Shown here: positions 25,067-38,656 of the stretch, piece after piece | Layout of the letters: the number at the start of each line of letters is the position of its first letter | How positions within the stretch are numbered: the stretch's first letter is position 1 | Origin: Amphiura filiformis | Taxonomy: Eukaryota | NCBI RefSeq assembly: GCF_039555335.1 | Contig: NC_092646.1 | Location: 57,946,946 to 58,010,945 of the forward strand | DNA: 64,000 nt | Direction: 5' to 3' | Notes under the pieces: model-generated | Told to the model about the DNA's origin: nothing | Seen by the model: only the letters and a program-made list of their open reading frames with translations | Databases searched by the model: none | Program-made: the position numbers and the translations under genes

Positions 25067-26739
25067 CGCACATTATGCTAATTATATGCAAATTATTCAA
25101 ATGTTAATAACTTTTTACAACTTTTTTAAGGTTTACTGTATTGGTCTCATCACAAGCTTTAATTTGACACCAAATTTAACTACATAGGCTACATATTAAC
25201 TGAGAAAATTAACAAGATGAACCCTAAAATGCCGCGCGCATGTAACATCTCCACCTATTTACTGGCCCAACTCAAAACGCATGGCCTATTACATTACAAG
25301 TTGACACTTGTTGCAATTTTTGTGTGCGTATTTCTCCTGAAAAAGGAGAAATTGTGTGGGTAAAGTTCAGCCTCGACGTGTTCTTCCCCCTTTGAAGCGT
25401 CGTGTTCTCCCCCGCTTGACTGATGACGTAGGTAAATGAAGCGGGCACTTTATCGTGCTCTCATCATACAATCACAATCACTTTGACAAGTTTGACATTA
25501 GCAACAATGAGTTGTACTATCACTTACCATAACAATGCTGCATAAAAATATGCACGCTATTGTTCTCTTTCGGGCTATTGTTCTCTTTCGGGAACAAAGC
25601 CCACACAGTAATTGTTACTATGCGTTTGCTTTGTAATATTTCATCCAACTGAAACTATAGCATTGCAATATACAGGGAAATCAGATGCATGAGTTTATGG
25701 ACTAACACGGTTTATATGCTAGCGTCAGATGAAATTCTAAGCTCAAATTATGTATTTATTTTTTAGGCCTAATATTTCTCATGATATTGATATACATATG
25801 AATTGTAATATCACAATTGTCTAATATATAAAAAAGAAGCGGCTGGTTTTATCCATATGTTTAAAAACCATGAAATTTGTAATACTTAAATTTGGAATTT
25901 TTTGCTGTGAACAGCAACAGCATAGGTTCTGTCCATTGCGAGCGTTTATAGTCCCTTTTCTCAACGCGGGCACATCTCATTTCATGACGTCACCGATTTT
26001 CTAGGCCAAATCTGTCTCGTTCGAACGAACTCACCGCTTAAGTTAGTTTTTGAGAAATATTAATTTTAAACGTCTTATTTTCTCAAAAAAGGAGTCATTT
26101 TCATTGTCCTCATAATATTAGCTTGCCAATGATATGTTGTTTTCACTATAGACCTGCCCTTTAAGGACACTTCAGATAGACCTGGGGATGAACAACTCAT
26201 GCCAAACTCAAATGTTGTGCAAAATTGTTATACACAACTTTCTTGTAAAGAAAGCAATTGATCTGTTGCACAAAAGTTCATATTCTCAAAATAGCATTAC
26301 TATTTGTGACCTGCGACCACGTAATCCGCCACAAGTCGCCGCGACTTTACACTCATTTCGTTGAGTTGGTAGTTTCAAGATATTCGGTCTAAGATGATGT
26401 TATTTGTTTGCTGCGCACCTGTACAAGCCAGTAGTATTATCCTTAGTGAATGGCCCATTGTGTTCCCATTCACAAAGGATGTCAAACAAAGAACATCAAC
26501 TTAGACCGAATATCTTGAAACTACCAACTCAACGAAATGAGTAAAGTAAGGCGACTACATTTACGGCGGATTTTTGTGGTAGCAGGTCATACATGTTGTG
26601 GGAAATCCCCCTATTGGATTGGCACCAACAAGTTTTTAACTATTAATGGTGCCTTAAAATGAAATAAAGTTGCCACGGTTGGTGAATAGTGCTAATCAAA
26701 CTCTGTATCATAAATGCTCAACCTGGCTGTGGGTCATAC

Positions 26740-26980
26740 CTTTTCAGCATCAGCAGCCATTTGTTCTTTCTTCTTGAGCACTTTAGTTTCCGTCCATTGT
26801 GACTGGTCCTCGCCTTCACCAGCGCGCCGCGTCTTGAATTCTTTACGGTAACGTTCCTTGGCCATCATCTCTTTGTACTCGTCTAGGGTCATCTCCGGTG
26901 CTTCGTCTTCCTTCTCGACGCCTTCTTCGCCTTCACCGGGTTCTCCATCTTCCTTGATGACCTCGTCAGTTGCATTGTCT
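26740..26980 (-). CDS. SERBP1: SERBP1/HABP4-like internal exon (hyaluronan/mRNA-binding family core)
   Basis: DNATDEVIKEDGEPGEGEEGVEKEDEAPEMTLDEYKEMMAKERYRKEFKTRRAGEGEDQSQWTETKVLKKKEQMAADAEK matches SERBP1 [41 protein letters not shown]. Donor AAG|gtatga. Acceptor tgtcacaacag|A. Confidence 0.75.
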
Positions 26981-29394
26981 CTGTTGTGACATAACAGAGT
27001 AAGAATATTAGGATACAATACGATCAGGAACCTTGCCATACATGACCAGTTTCATAGGTCCCCATGCCTGGAAAAATGTGGAATCCTGGGGGGTTGACAA
27101 GTGGACCCCCCCCCCCCACCTCAGCCATGTAACTTGGCAACAAATTGCTTTGACAGAGATCAGGAATGATTGCACTTTCCTAAAAAAACAAAAATGCATG
27201 TGAAATAGGGCAAAAAGTACCAAAAACAGGCTGAAAGTAAATAAAGTTTTGAGCACTGAAGCCTGTAAGGTATAAACATAGGTAGACTGACATACTGAGT
27301 TGACAACTGAGAAACTTTTTTGTTAAGACTGCATTGTTGTCCAAATTAACCTATTATTTGAACACATATTTTCAGAACAGGAGATCGCGATCCTGTCCTG
27401 TCACCACGGCTCGGTAGGACACGAGCAGCAGTAGGATTTGCGCGACGGCACGTGACCAAAATCATATTCCAAGTCATACTTTGGGTTTGCATTGTTAGTC
27501 TGGTCATTTTGGTGTCAACAAACAAGAACAGTTCGAGTACTCTTTGTGTGTCAAGGTCACTCAATCCCACTATTGAGTTGTAGTAATCTCATCCCAAATG
27601 CCAGAATTCAGTATCGTCCACTGAACTGTGATAACTCAAAAATTTACCATTATCTAAAAGCTATGAGTTTGTGTACACAATGTATACAAAGGTCATTCTT
27701 TGAGTGTGTAAGCCTATTGGGGTTAATGAACTTGTCTTTTAGGACCCTAGTGTTGTAGTTTGTTACAATGTTCAGTAGTTCAGTACACTTCGGTTTATAA
27801 GTAGGACCTGCTAAAAATAACACCATTTGACCAGTACCAAGACCTATCCTATGCCATACATTTGTGAAAGTGGAAATTTTGGCATGCACATTTTATTTTG
27901 TGCAATTTATTGATTTTAAACCATTTCACTTATCTTTAAATTTGCAATTTTGAACTTTTGTACATGCACCTAGACACACAAAATAAATGGCCATAAGTTC
28001 ATAGGTTTTTTTCCTGCCTAATGATGAAGCCCCATATAATGTGTTATTGGTGCCAAAATTGGAAATTCTTGGTCTCCATTTTTACCTTTCTCTCATTCCA
28101 AAACCCTACAACCTTATAAAAAAGTGATACTACTAGTATGTAAGGAAGCGAAAACTTGCAACTTTTATAACAAGTAACACACTTTAAGTGCACAAAAATT
28201 AACACAAGAAAGTACCAAAGTTAAAGTTTCTAATTTGCCTACACAACATTGCGTCGCTGGGCAGGAAAAACCTGTCATTGGCCCCTGAACATGCTTAAAT
28301 CAAAACCTCCATGTAACTGGTTGGCAGTTTTGTTTTAAACATGTTCAGGTGCCACAAACACATAGGTTTTTCTTGCCCAATGACATTTTCACATTGCATC
28401 AAGACTTACTTGGATTCAGTTTTGTTGTCGGGCGTCTTGTTCGGTTTTCTCAGGATTCCATTGGGTAGCTTCTAACTCCTCGCTATTATTGGATGTGTCT
28501 AGGTCCCTGAAACAAATCATAACCAATATGTACAGTTTAGCATGTGTAGCTCAGTTGCATTACCCTTTTTTGGTCGAAGAAGCGATGCGCCTAGGCCTGG
28601 GGAGATTCCGCTCTTTGCAATCGCAATATCCACACACAATTTTTGGTTGAGTCAGAGTCAATCTGCACACCAAAGAAATTGAACTTTTCCGTTAATTTCC
28701 AAACTGGTCGATTCCGCAACATCAGCCTTTGCAGAAAGTAAATTTATGTATCAATTTGGACTATTGTCAGGAAAGAGCAGTCACACACAATGCCCAGGTT
28801 TGTGTTAGAATCAAAGTTGAATCTTGAAAAATCCAATGCTGTATTGGGTTTGAATCATGGGCTTCCACATGGCCTATACTTTGAACACAAATCTTAAATT
28901 TACACACCCAGTTTTTTGAATTTACACACCCAAACCTTCAAATCCTGCCTAAGACCCTCGATGCCCTGATGCCCTTAACACTTTCTGCGTGCAAGTTAAG
29001 AATGCAATAATGCAATCTCACACAAGCCCATGGCGGCCATCTTGGATACTTATGTGTAAGGTTAATTTCAAAACTGTTGATGAGAAATAATCATTTGAAA
29101 TGTTTATGAAGCAATTCTAGTATGTTTTTCCTTAACCCGTTACATCGAAAACGGCTGCTATCGTCCTACGAGCAACCCGCAATACTGCGCTGCAATGTGA
29201 TTTCACACAAAATCAAAATATTGCAACTTGGCGTGTTCATTTTAGTTTTATGCCAAATCGTAACCAGAACAAAATGAGTATATCACTTCAACAGAAACTC
29301 ATTCAAGAATTAGTAAAATAGAACGAAAGTAAGTCTGAAATAATCACTCACTAAAATCTAACTTAAAATGTTATTAGTTTAAAACACTCGTTGA

Positions 29395-29962
29395 AATGGG
29401 CTATTCTATTGGAAATCCATACACCCCAGTTAGCCCCGTAGAAGATGTGTGACATCCTTAATCTCACATACAAGGGGTGAATGTATCAAATGGCGTCACC
29501 AATTAAGGGGGTACTACACCCCTCGATAAATTAGTGTCTATTTTTTGCATTTTTCTCAAAAACTAATAACACAGTGGTAACAAAATTTATGTATATATTA
29601 TAGGGGCAAGGAATCCAGTTACTACACTGGAATTTCAGTGACTCAAGACAAGTGGTTTGTTATTTATGATAAGAAATAAGGTACCGCTAGGATGTACCTC
29701 GTTTCCTATCATATATACTGAACCGCTTGTCTTGAGTCACTGACATTTCAGTGTAGTAATTGGATTCCTTGCCCCAATAATATACAAAACTTTTGTTACC
29801 AGTGTGTTATTATTTTTTGAGAAAAATGCAAAATTAGTCACACATTTACCACAGGGTGTAGTACCCCCGTAAGGTAATCCCATTAGAAATCCACACTGTG
29901 TGAAAGGACAGGTCTCATATAGATGGTATATGGATCTCAACTGGAATGGCCCAATAAATGTA
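29395..29962. mobile_element. MITE family A copy split by a nested MITE family B insertion (B occupies 29503-29872)
   Basis: The A left half ends ...TCACCAATTAA|GGGGGTACTACACCCC. The A right half resumes after ...GGTGTAGTACCCCC|GTAAGGTAATCCCATTAGAAATCCACAC. Confidence 0.8.
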
Positions 29963-30696
29963 ATGGAGAGGAGACCGGACAGGTGATTGACCTCCATGTA
30001 AGTAACAAAGCACAAGCCGACCACCCACCTTTATCATTGCTACAGATCTTTCAAGTAAATTGTGGCCATTGTGGAATACTCGGTACAGCAAGAAGCTGCC
30101 GCACCAACAATACCGTGACTAAGTTCACTCTAGTCGGAAGGGTCGCTAGTCCGAAAACCAAATTAAGTTCTAGTTCGCTAATCTGAAGGTTCTCTAGTCC
30201 GAATATAGAATAATAGTTAGTGTTAGGATTAGGCTTTATGGTTAGGGTTAGCGAGCCTTATTCTATATTCAGACTAGAGAACCCTATTTATCTTTCGGAC
30301 TAGCGAACCCTCGGGACTAGAGAACCCGATATTCTGACTGACGAATGGTTAATTACGTGTTCGGACTGGCGAATCTTCGGACTAAGGAGCCTTCTGACTA
30401 GGAAACCTAGAGAGTTGTCGCCATCAATACACGGTTGTGCACCACACACTGTACAAAAAGGTGTACGCTTAGTGACGCTACATGTACGCCACAGGTACAC
30501 ATTCCACAATGGCCGCTTTTACTGGATATTTATTCTGTAGCCATGAACATTTTCATAGACCTTCCGCTTCCGCAGTCGGATGTTTGCCGTCGACGAACTT
30601 TCTCCAGGAAATACAACATTTTTCTTTCGCTTTCCCAAAATGAGTGAAAATAACAACTGCAACCACTTCAACCGTTTACGTTTTGTTAAAACTTAC

Positions 30697-30771
30697 TTGG
30701 CCTCGTCTTTAAGGTTGCCCCAGTTGTGTGATCCACCACCTTCTCGTTTGTCTTGTGCCTTGAATGAGCTG
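30697..30771 (-). CDS. SERBP1: SERBP1/HABP4-like internal exon (SSFKAQDKREGGGSHNWGNLKDEA)
   Basis: Matches SERBP1 [26 protein letters not shown]. Acceptor tactgttttcag|C, donor AA|gtaagt. Phases are compatible with both neighbours. Confidence 0.75.
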
Positions 30772-32343
30772 CTGAAAACAGTAAAAACACATTAGACGAC
30801 TGTAGCAGTCTGTCACTGTGGTTGCACTGATACGACTGTGGACGTCCCACGGAGGATGGGAAGCCACAGTACATACCAATTCGGTAAAAGTGTAGCTGAC
30901 TTGACCGACGCAAATTGTGAGGTACAACTTGCAAGTTTGGGTATGTAAAAATTGGACTGCTGGGAGGGAGTCTGTCAAACAAACCAGGGTCAGAATTTCG
31001 GCGAGAATCTGAGAATCGATTCTGGCAAAGATGGTCGCAAACAGATTTGCATTCATGAATCAAAGTTGATTCTCGCAAACTTTTGTAGTTTACACAGAAG
31101 TTGATTTGCAAGAATCAAAATGATTCCCGCAAAATTATTCTGCAAGAATCAAGATTGACAGATTCCCGCACTGTGAAACAAAATTCTGACCCTGCAAATC
31201 TTACCAATCTATTAAATTAAAATCATTGTGAATTGCAAGAGTCCTTTTTTTTTTTTAACTGCGAGATGTGAGCACATGCTGGGAACTTTTTTTAAATTTT
31301 GTAGAGATTGGCACTTTTAATCGCATACATACATTAAACTAATATCAGTCTAACAAATAGCAGCATTAATAACATTAATTTTAATACCAAAAATATCAAA
31401 TGTGCCTGGAACAATAATTTGTATACAATGTATGCATTTCCATCATGTGGACATGTGCTACACATCATTTTCTAAAACATCCGAGAGCCCATGTTTATGA
31501 TCATTTATATCGGCATCACTTAATGTATCATTTCCAAATGCTGTGCTCCTAATGACCTAAATAGAAACCCATATTCAGCCTAGTCAGCCAGCCAGGTCAT
31601 CAGAAGGCAGACCTCAAGTTTGTCTATGCCATATGTAGGAGCTATATGATTGACAAGAAAGGTCATACAGTGAATGATTACTTGATTAGATGATTATATG
31701 GGTGGCTCTCTGCATCATTCATTTGAGATGCAGATGCATCACTTATATTGCTCTTCCAGTTCCAGATTGTCTTTGCAGGACTTCTACAGCATGAAACAAG
31801 ATTTCAAAAATGAATCTAGAACTGGAGGACAAGTATACTGTGTTCAACATTATAAAATAATCTTAGGCAGGCCAAAGTCAAAAAAAGGGTTTTCTCTCTA
31901 ACCCACGCCCAACTATGAAAGCCATCCTATGCGCTAGGCCTTTTTTAGTACAGACTTTTTAAATTATAAAATAAAATTCCTGTGTACACATAGCACTTGA
32001 CTTGTTTTTCTTTTTTAAGAGAAAAAACAGCAGTTTTTTTGCAAAATGTTTGAAACCTTTTGTTTTTGACCTCGGGAGTAAACTAGTTACCAATCTCCCA
32101 ATGCAATGGAGAGTTATTACAGTACATGCACAGGACACTAGGGTAATGCATGCCTACTTGTACATGAACTTGAGCCTGTAATTTTTAATTGCCCTGAGGG
32201 CACATGCCTACCTCTAGTATTACCAGATGCTTGTTATTCAGCACATGTACACAATCACAAATAAATCCCAATATTTTTTTCTCATCAGTTACATTTCAAG
32301 AGGGTGGGGAGTGATCAGGAAAGCGCAATTAAAATCCACTTGC

Positions 32344-32854
32344 CTCTTATCGCTTCCACTGTGTCGGTCAAACTCTCTCTTGCCACGGAAATCTCGTCCT
32401 CCTCGGATCCCGCCTTGTCCCCTACCACGCCCTCTGCCTCTTCTGGCGCCACGCTCTCCACCAAATTCGCCGCCACTACCAAATCCGCCGCCGCCGCTAC
32501 CAAATGTACCGCCGCTACCAAATCCGCCGCCGCTGCCAAATCCGCCACCGCTACCAAATCCACCACTTCTTGGCGGCCTATCTCCTTGATCTCGGAATGA
32601 CGGCCTGTCACCGCCCCTATCGCTCCTAAATTCGTTTGACGGTGCCTGGTTTTCTCTGTTCTCATGGAAGAAACCACCGTCTTGGTTTCGCCTCTCACCG
32701 CGGTTGTCCCTACCGCCGTCACGGTCACGAGGACCGTCTCGGTCTCGGTTTTGTCTACCTTCTGATCGGCGGTTGTCTGAGCGGCCACCTCTGTTGCCAC
32801 CACGGCCACCTCTGTTGCCCTGCCTGTTGCCCTCGGGCCTATCTGATTTGATTT
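32344..32854 (-). CDS. SERBP1: SERBP1/HABP4-like exon 2: RGG/GFGSGG-rich region ending ...RDFRGKREFDRHSGSDK
   Basis: Acceptor ttttttattttcag|AA. The sequence ...GGFGSGGGFGSGG...RGRGRGRGQGGIRGGRDFRGKREFDRHSGSDK matches the SERBP1 RGKREFDRHSGSD motif. The donor is the non-canonical-but-valid AG|GCAAGT. Confidence 0.75.
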
Positions 32855-33829
32855 CTGAAAATAAAAAAATATGTAACTTGTCATTCGCAAATCGTAACTC
32901 TTGTTAGCATAGGCCTCAATCTAGGAAAATACATGTTAACTAACCCCAACACCGGACACCGGTAAGCTGGTTCCCTAAGAAATTTGAAACATCACCCTTT
33001 TTTAAAGGCTGTTTAACCTACCCCTAGTTAAAGGCATTCCTTTTTGTTGTTGAAAAGCCTTTGTCAAAAACTGGGTACAAGTTTGAAATGGGATGAAACA
33101 TTCCTTGGCATTTTTTGGGGGGAGGGGGCCAAATCCTCCAACCTTCACATCCAGACAAACCTAAAAGTTGTAGCCCTTAGCTCTGAAACAGGATAATTAA
33201 TCAATAATCAGTACTATTTTGGATGTATTTTAAGGGGGGTAACCCAATGTTTGATTTAGCACCTGCACCCCGGGACCTGCACATGCAGATGACTTTGATT
33301 CTGTGCAGGTAACTCTTCAAATGTACCTGCACAAGCCTGGAAAAAATGTGGGAAGCTTCTAGGACAGCGTTCAAGCTTTGACTTACGTTTGGTGGCCAAA
33401 TGTGTAAACAAAATATTTAGGGGTGAAAAGAAACAAAATTCTTTAATGTTATGTTTCCAAGGGTAAAATATCATCTAGTTTCAGATTTTGGCACTTAAAA
33501 CTCCTTATTTTTTTTATAGATTTCGAGAAACAATCTTTTGTTTTGTCCGATTTTGGCTGAAAATGGCCATTTAGGGGTGACAAAAATTTTGACTTGCAGA
33601 TTTCCTGTGAGTGTATGAAACTATCAAATAGTGCCTAATTTTCTATGCTAAATTGCTAATTGTTTAACCATCAAGCTACTAATGGAAGGAGATTCCACAG
33701 AAAAATCCTAATCCACTCAATAGGGTTAAGCCGATTACGCTATTCAACGCGAGTCATCACTTGAATGGATTTAATCAGTACATTCCCTCAAACACAGCCT
33801 TTGATGTTTATGATCGTTATGCAACTGGG

Positions 33830-34830
33830 CCAGAGCCAAAATTCCCGTTTGTGGCGGGACGGAATTTTGATAGACCTTTTAAATTGTAGCTCTGTGACTG
33901 TTTATTTTATGGATTCTTCATGTTCTTAATATAAACAAATAAGTTACAGACTACATTTACACGCAAGAAAAATAGTCCAAAGAATCAACATGTTGCCACG
34001 GTAACACAAATTCATTGATGTGGCGGGACGGAATGATAAACTTCATGTATTTGTGAACACAGTACATTTGTTGAATTTTTATCAAAAGTACTGGGATAAA
34101 ACATTTGTTTCTAACATTGGTATTAACTTCAACTATCCTTCTTTTGTTATGGAAGGAATTATAAAATTCACCCCCCTCTTTATAGTACGCTCATTAATTT
34201 TTAAAAATCATGTCATTGTGGCGGGACGGAATGTGGCGGGACGGAATTTTGTCCACCATGTCAAAATCAAGAAAAAAGCAATTAATTCACTTTTAAACTG
34301 ACAAAATTGTCTTTTCTTTCACTTCCAATGAAAAATTATTGCAAAATATAAACTGAGAAAGAAAATTTTCATCACTTCCTGAACTTAAAAAAATTATCTC
34401 AAAATGTGGCAGGGCCATGTTTTACACCACAGACCCTGAAAGTAGCCTTATTGCTGGCATCCTACCACAAAAGGCCTGAAAAAGAAGAAGTTAAAATGGC
34501 TCTGAGTCTAGCAAAGTTGATGAATTCAATTTTGGGTACTCAGGAATGTTTATTACCATAATAGTTGATATTTTGGAAAGTTTTGACTAAATTTTTTTTT
34601 TCCGTCCTTCCGAACGTAAAAAATCACCTCAAAATGTGGCGGACGGAATTTTACACATATTTTAATTTATTTCTTTATTTTTGCAAAGTCCACTGACATT
34701 TTTTTTAGTGCTGAAATTGTCTATACAGAAGACCTTTATAATACCATAAACAAAAATATCCTATCTTTTTTAAATATGTAGTAACATCAAATTTAACAAT
34801 TCCGTCCCGCCACACCGAGAGGGCGCTACA
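33830..34830. repeat. Cluster of short dispersed repeats sharing the GTGGCGGGACGGAAT(TTT) motif
   Basis: Copies at 33845, 34019, 34219 and 34233 (tandem), 34627; inverted at 34797; degenerate at 34405. Several are embedded in AAAATTCCCG...CGGGACGGAATTTT palindromes. Confidence 0.6.
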
Positions 34831-36134
34831 TGTGTATTTAATTACTTGCAGTCCGAAATTGACGGGCAAATTTTACTTTTTTTTTGCCAATTCATAATCT
34901 TTGGTTAGTAGTCTATTAAACCAGAGGAGAAATTCACTCCTGTGACAATTTCTAAATTTTAGGTTGAGTGATGACCATTTTTGGCTCTGGCCCAACTATA
35001 TCGATCATCTATTTTAAAATGTAATTTAAACCGACCCCCCTAGGTGACCCGTACCGGAAATGGATGGTATTAGTGCCCTTTTGCATCGGTCACATGATTT
35101 TCGATTGCGTCATCTCATTGTGTTTCCGAGTTCAAGTTGATTTACTAGTGAAAACCTGATCGAATTCCCTCTTTTCCTTCCAAAGTTATGGTGAATTTAT
35201 GTATTTTTTCTGATCGTGATTAGTAATACTGGCGGGTGTCTGCGTGACTTTTAAACCAGTGGAAATGATTTGGAAAGGTTTTCCAAGACTGGCAATTGTT
35301 TCTACGATCCGCCAAGCTTGGCCATAAGAAATATTGGTGTTATAAAATTACCGGAAGTAAATTGTTTTCCTTTGTTTATGGTCACGCCACAATGCTTTGT
35401 GGGTAAAATGGTGTCATTCTGCTTAGAAGTCGCGATAACGGTGGTTCATAACCGGCCATGCTCAATAGATAAGAAGCTTAGCAAATCAATAGTGCGTCAT
35501 TCATACCTGATTGCTCAGTATCGACTCATAACCATCATAGTACACAGGGAACTGGGTTCGTGGATTCTCCTTCTATGATATCTCGATGGTTTAACAAGGG
35601 TACAATTGTGATATTAAAAGCATTGAATGGGATCCATTTGAAAAGGCCATATCTCCACAATGGTATGAGCTATATAGGGATGCTTTAAGTGTTTTTTGCT
35701 CAGTATTTCAATTTTCAATAGCTAAATGGTGATATCAAACCAGTAAGCTAGATCTACAGAAAAAGAAAATAACTTGTAAAATGCTACCCCCACCCTAAGG
35801 ATTTTGAGGGTGTGAAAAAAGTCAAGGATTTTGCACACACAAAATAAGTCCTTCAAAACTGGGAGGTTTGAGGCTAAACAAAAGTCATGTTGCCCTTACC
35901 AATGCTTCCCTCTAGAGCAACATGTGTTTTGTTTAGCCCTGAGTATCCCCATTTTGAAGGACTTATTTTTTTGCACCAATTTTCACTCAAATTTGAGGAC
36001 TTAGGGCAGAAATATGCCTGTACAGTGCTATGGGGAAATTTTTCAAGTTGATGGTTATGCATTTTTTATGTCAGATTCAATTTCTACACAAAATTTCACC
36101 CTAGAAAATGTTCCTTTATTTAAGTAGGATATCT

Positions 36135-36492
36135 TTCACTAAAAGGGGGTACTACACCCCTGCCCAATTTTGTGCCTATTTTTGCATTTTGCTCAAAAAG
36201 TATAGCACATTGGTGACAAGTAACATGTATATTATAGGGGCAAGTACTACAACTATTGCACTGAAAATTTTATTTCAGCACAGACAACAGTTGTGGAGTT
36301 ACAGTCAAAAATGAGGGAAAACCAATATTTGATCAGTAAATCAATAACTACTTGCCTTGAGTTGCTGAATTTTCAGTGCAGTAGTTGTAGTCCTTGCCCC
36401 TATAATATACATATCTTACTTGTCCCCAATGTGCTATAATGTTTGAGAAACATGCAAAAATAGGCACAAAATTGGCCAGGGTGTAGTAACTA
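36135..36492. mobile_element. MITE family B (~365-bp hairpin, termini GGGGGTACTACACCCCTG...CAGGGGTGTAGTACCCCC), copy
   Basis: The whole element is a near-perfect long inverted repeat around GCACAGACAACAGTTGTGGAGTTACAGTC. It matches 29503-29872, 37596-37964, 38657-39022 and 54273-54647. Confidence 0.85.
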
Positions 36493-37439
36493 TAAGTTCC
36501 ACCATTCTTCTGGCCACCAAATGCAAGTCAAAGCTTGAACGCTGTCCTAGGTCCTTAAACAAAGAAATACATAAGAATTTGGATGGAAATTTGTCTTTTA
36601 TAAAAGGGAAATTTTGATCATCTTGCAGGGAAATTTTCATTTTTCCAGCCCTGTGCACAAGTGCATGTAGAATTTTAGTCGTAAATTACGCAGTTGGAAT
36701 CAGAAACATACAATGTGCCTCTAAATCTAAGAAGTACCGTAACCACTCGGGTATAAGCCCACCTTCGGCTATAAGCCCACCCCCTATTTTTCAAAACATT
36801 CTGGGAACAAGGGTGCACTGGAGTATAAGCCCAGTTGTAATTTTGGCTAAGTTCTTAAATCAAATCAACACTTTTAAAAGCATAAAAAAAAGATATCAGT
36901 TGATCATTAACATTCCATACTCATAATTTTTTTTTTTAAATTGACACAGATGATAGAAAATATTGGTACATCAGGCATACGCAAATGGGGATGATTGTTC
37001 TTATTTTTAAATTGAAGTACTAGCCCCTCCCCGGTTATAAGCCCACCCCCATTTTTGAAGTGAAATCTATATCTATGGGGTGGGCTTATACCCAAGTGTC
37101 TGATAAATTTATATCCTTACTTAAATGACACCAATTTTACTTTTCATCTGTAAAAAATATGATTAATTTCACGGCACAAACTTTTTATTTTATATGGTTA
37201 AATTGTGTGCAAGGTAGATTTCTACATTACATGTACTTGCACAAATGCAAGTTTTTCTGGTAAATCAAACACTGACAGGGGGGTCTGTAAATCAATATTT
37301 TCATCAACATTCCTCAACAATCATTATTTTATGTCCGATTCTGTTAAGTTGGTGTTGGTTTGCATGTAATGTCTAGAATTCCATTTTTGAAAGTTGCATA
37401 AAAATTGGAGTTGTTGTTTTCTTAAATGGCTGTTTTATG

Positions 37440-37500
37440 TCCAAAAAGGGTCCGGGGTTCGAATCCCAGGGGTACCAAGTGACTTCTTCCTTCACCTTCT
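37440..37500 (+). ncRNA. tRNA-derived SINE fragment (T-arm GGGGTTCGAATCCCAGGGGTACCA)
   Basis: GGTCCGGGGTTCGAATCCCAGGGGTACCAAG is similar to 38130-38160. It is followed by TTAGGG-like GGTAGGGTAGGGTTAGGGTTAA at 37548-37572. Confidence 0.4.
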
Positions 37501-37595
37501 CTCCTTTTTCGTTTCTTCTTTCCCTTCCGATAGCAAAAAAAAAAACACAGGTAGGGTAGGGTTAGGGTTAATTAACATGTTTTTCCTAGATTTAG

Positions 37596-37964
37596 GCCTC
37601 CTTTAAGGGGGTACTACACCCCTACCCAATTTTGTGCCTATTTTTGCATTTTTCTCAAAAATTATAGAGCATTGATGACAAATAAGATATGTATATTATA
37701 GGGGCAATGACTACAACTGCTGCACTGGCAATTTTATTTCAGCACAGACAACAGTTGTGGAGTTACAGTCAAAAATGAGGGAAAACCAACATTTGATCAA
37801 TAAATCAATAACTACTTGCCTTGAGGTGCTGAATTTTCAGTGCAGTAGTTGTAGTCCTTGCCCCTATAATATACATATCTTAATTGTCACCAATGCGCTA
37901 TAATTTTTGAGAAAAATGCAAAAATAGGCACAAAATTGGCCAGGGATGTAGTACCCCCTTAACC
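37596..37964. mobile_element. MITE family B copy, flanked TTAA/TTAA
   Basis: CCTTTAA|GGGGGTACTACACCCCTACCC ... GGGATGTAGTACCCCC|TTAACC. Confidence 0.85.
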
Positions 37965-38085
37965 TAACCCAACTAAGTCTCACTATTTAAGCTCACTATT
38001 AAAACCACTCTGCATGCATGCATTCCATGTGACTTGATGACGCAATCAGCCAAAGTCATATACCCAGGGGAATTGCTGCCCGGGG

Positions 38086-38650
38086 CAGCCTAACCTCAGT
38101 AGGTTGGTGATCGTGTGCGTGGCATGTGAGGGGTCCCGGGTTCGAATCCCGGGTACCAAGCAGGGCCCGCGGAAGGTTTTTGAAGGTGAGGGGGCGGAAA
38201 TTGAACCCTAAAATGTAATAAATGGCCTCGGAGCGGTCATCGCGTTTCGCTTGCGCGACGCAGGGGGGTGTCTGTGGCCCCTTCAGAAGTAAGAAACTTT
38301 TGCAAAATGAAGACCTAATTGAAGCGATTTGGTGGCCCATTTTGGCACTATTTTTATAACTTGTGTAAAATTTTAGTCTTCAGGAAAAAGCAAAGCCGAC
38401 AATTTTCCATGCCGGGGCTCCATGAAGCCTTTCGTGGACAATTTTCCCGTTATATTGTAGGCCTATAAATTGCGTTAAACATAAATTTGGCAAATGTCAA
38501 AAGCAGAAGCGAAAATGGGCACTGTCCACTATGCAGAGCCAAGGGGTGTATGAGGGGGGGTGTTCCCCCCTCAGAATTGGAACAATTTTGCAAAATGAAG
38601 GTCCAATTGAAGCTATTTGGTGCATCATTTTTACACTTATTTTTTTTTAA
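38086..38650 (+). mobile_element. tRNA-derived SINE with a duplicated ~70-bp tail unit
   Basis: tRNA-like head ...GTGGCATGTGAGGGGTCCCGGGTTCGAATCCCGGGTACCAAGCAGG. Tail repeats TTTGCAAAATGAAGACCTAATTGAAGCGATTTGGTGGCCCATTTTGGCACTATTTTTA and TTTGCAAAATGAAGGTCCAATTGAAGCTATTTGGTGCATCATTTTTACACTTATTTTT. Confidence 0.55.
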
Positions 38651-38656
38651 ATCATT

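Noticed and set aside
24850-25071. Gly-rich minus ORF (MRGGGGSGGGGSGG...)
   Set aside because: It is antisense to a (CCT)n microsatellite.
38056-38340. 94-aa minus ORF over the tRNA-like region
   Set aside because: It overlaps a tRNA-derived SINE head. It has no coding signal.
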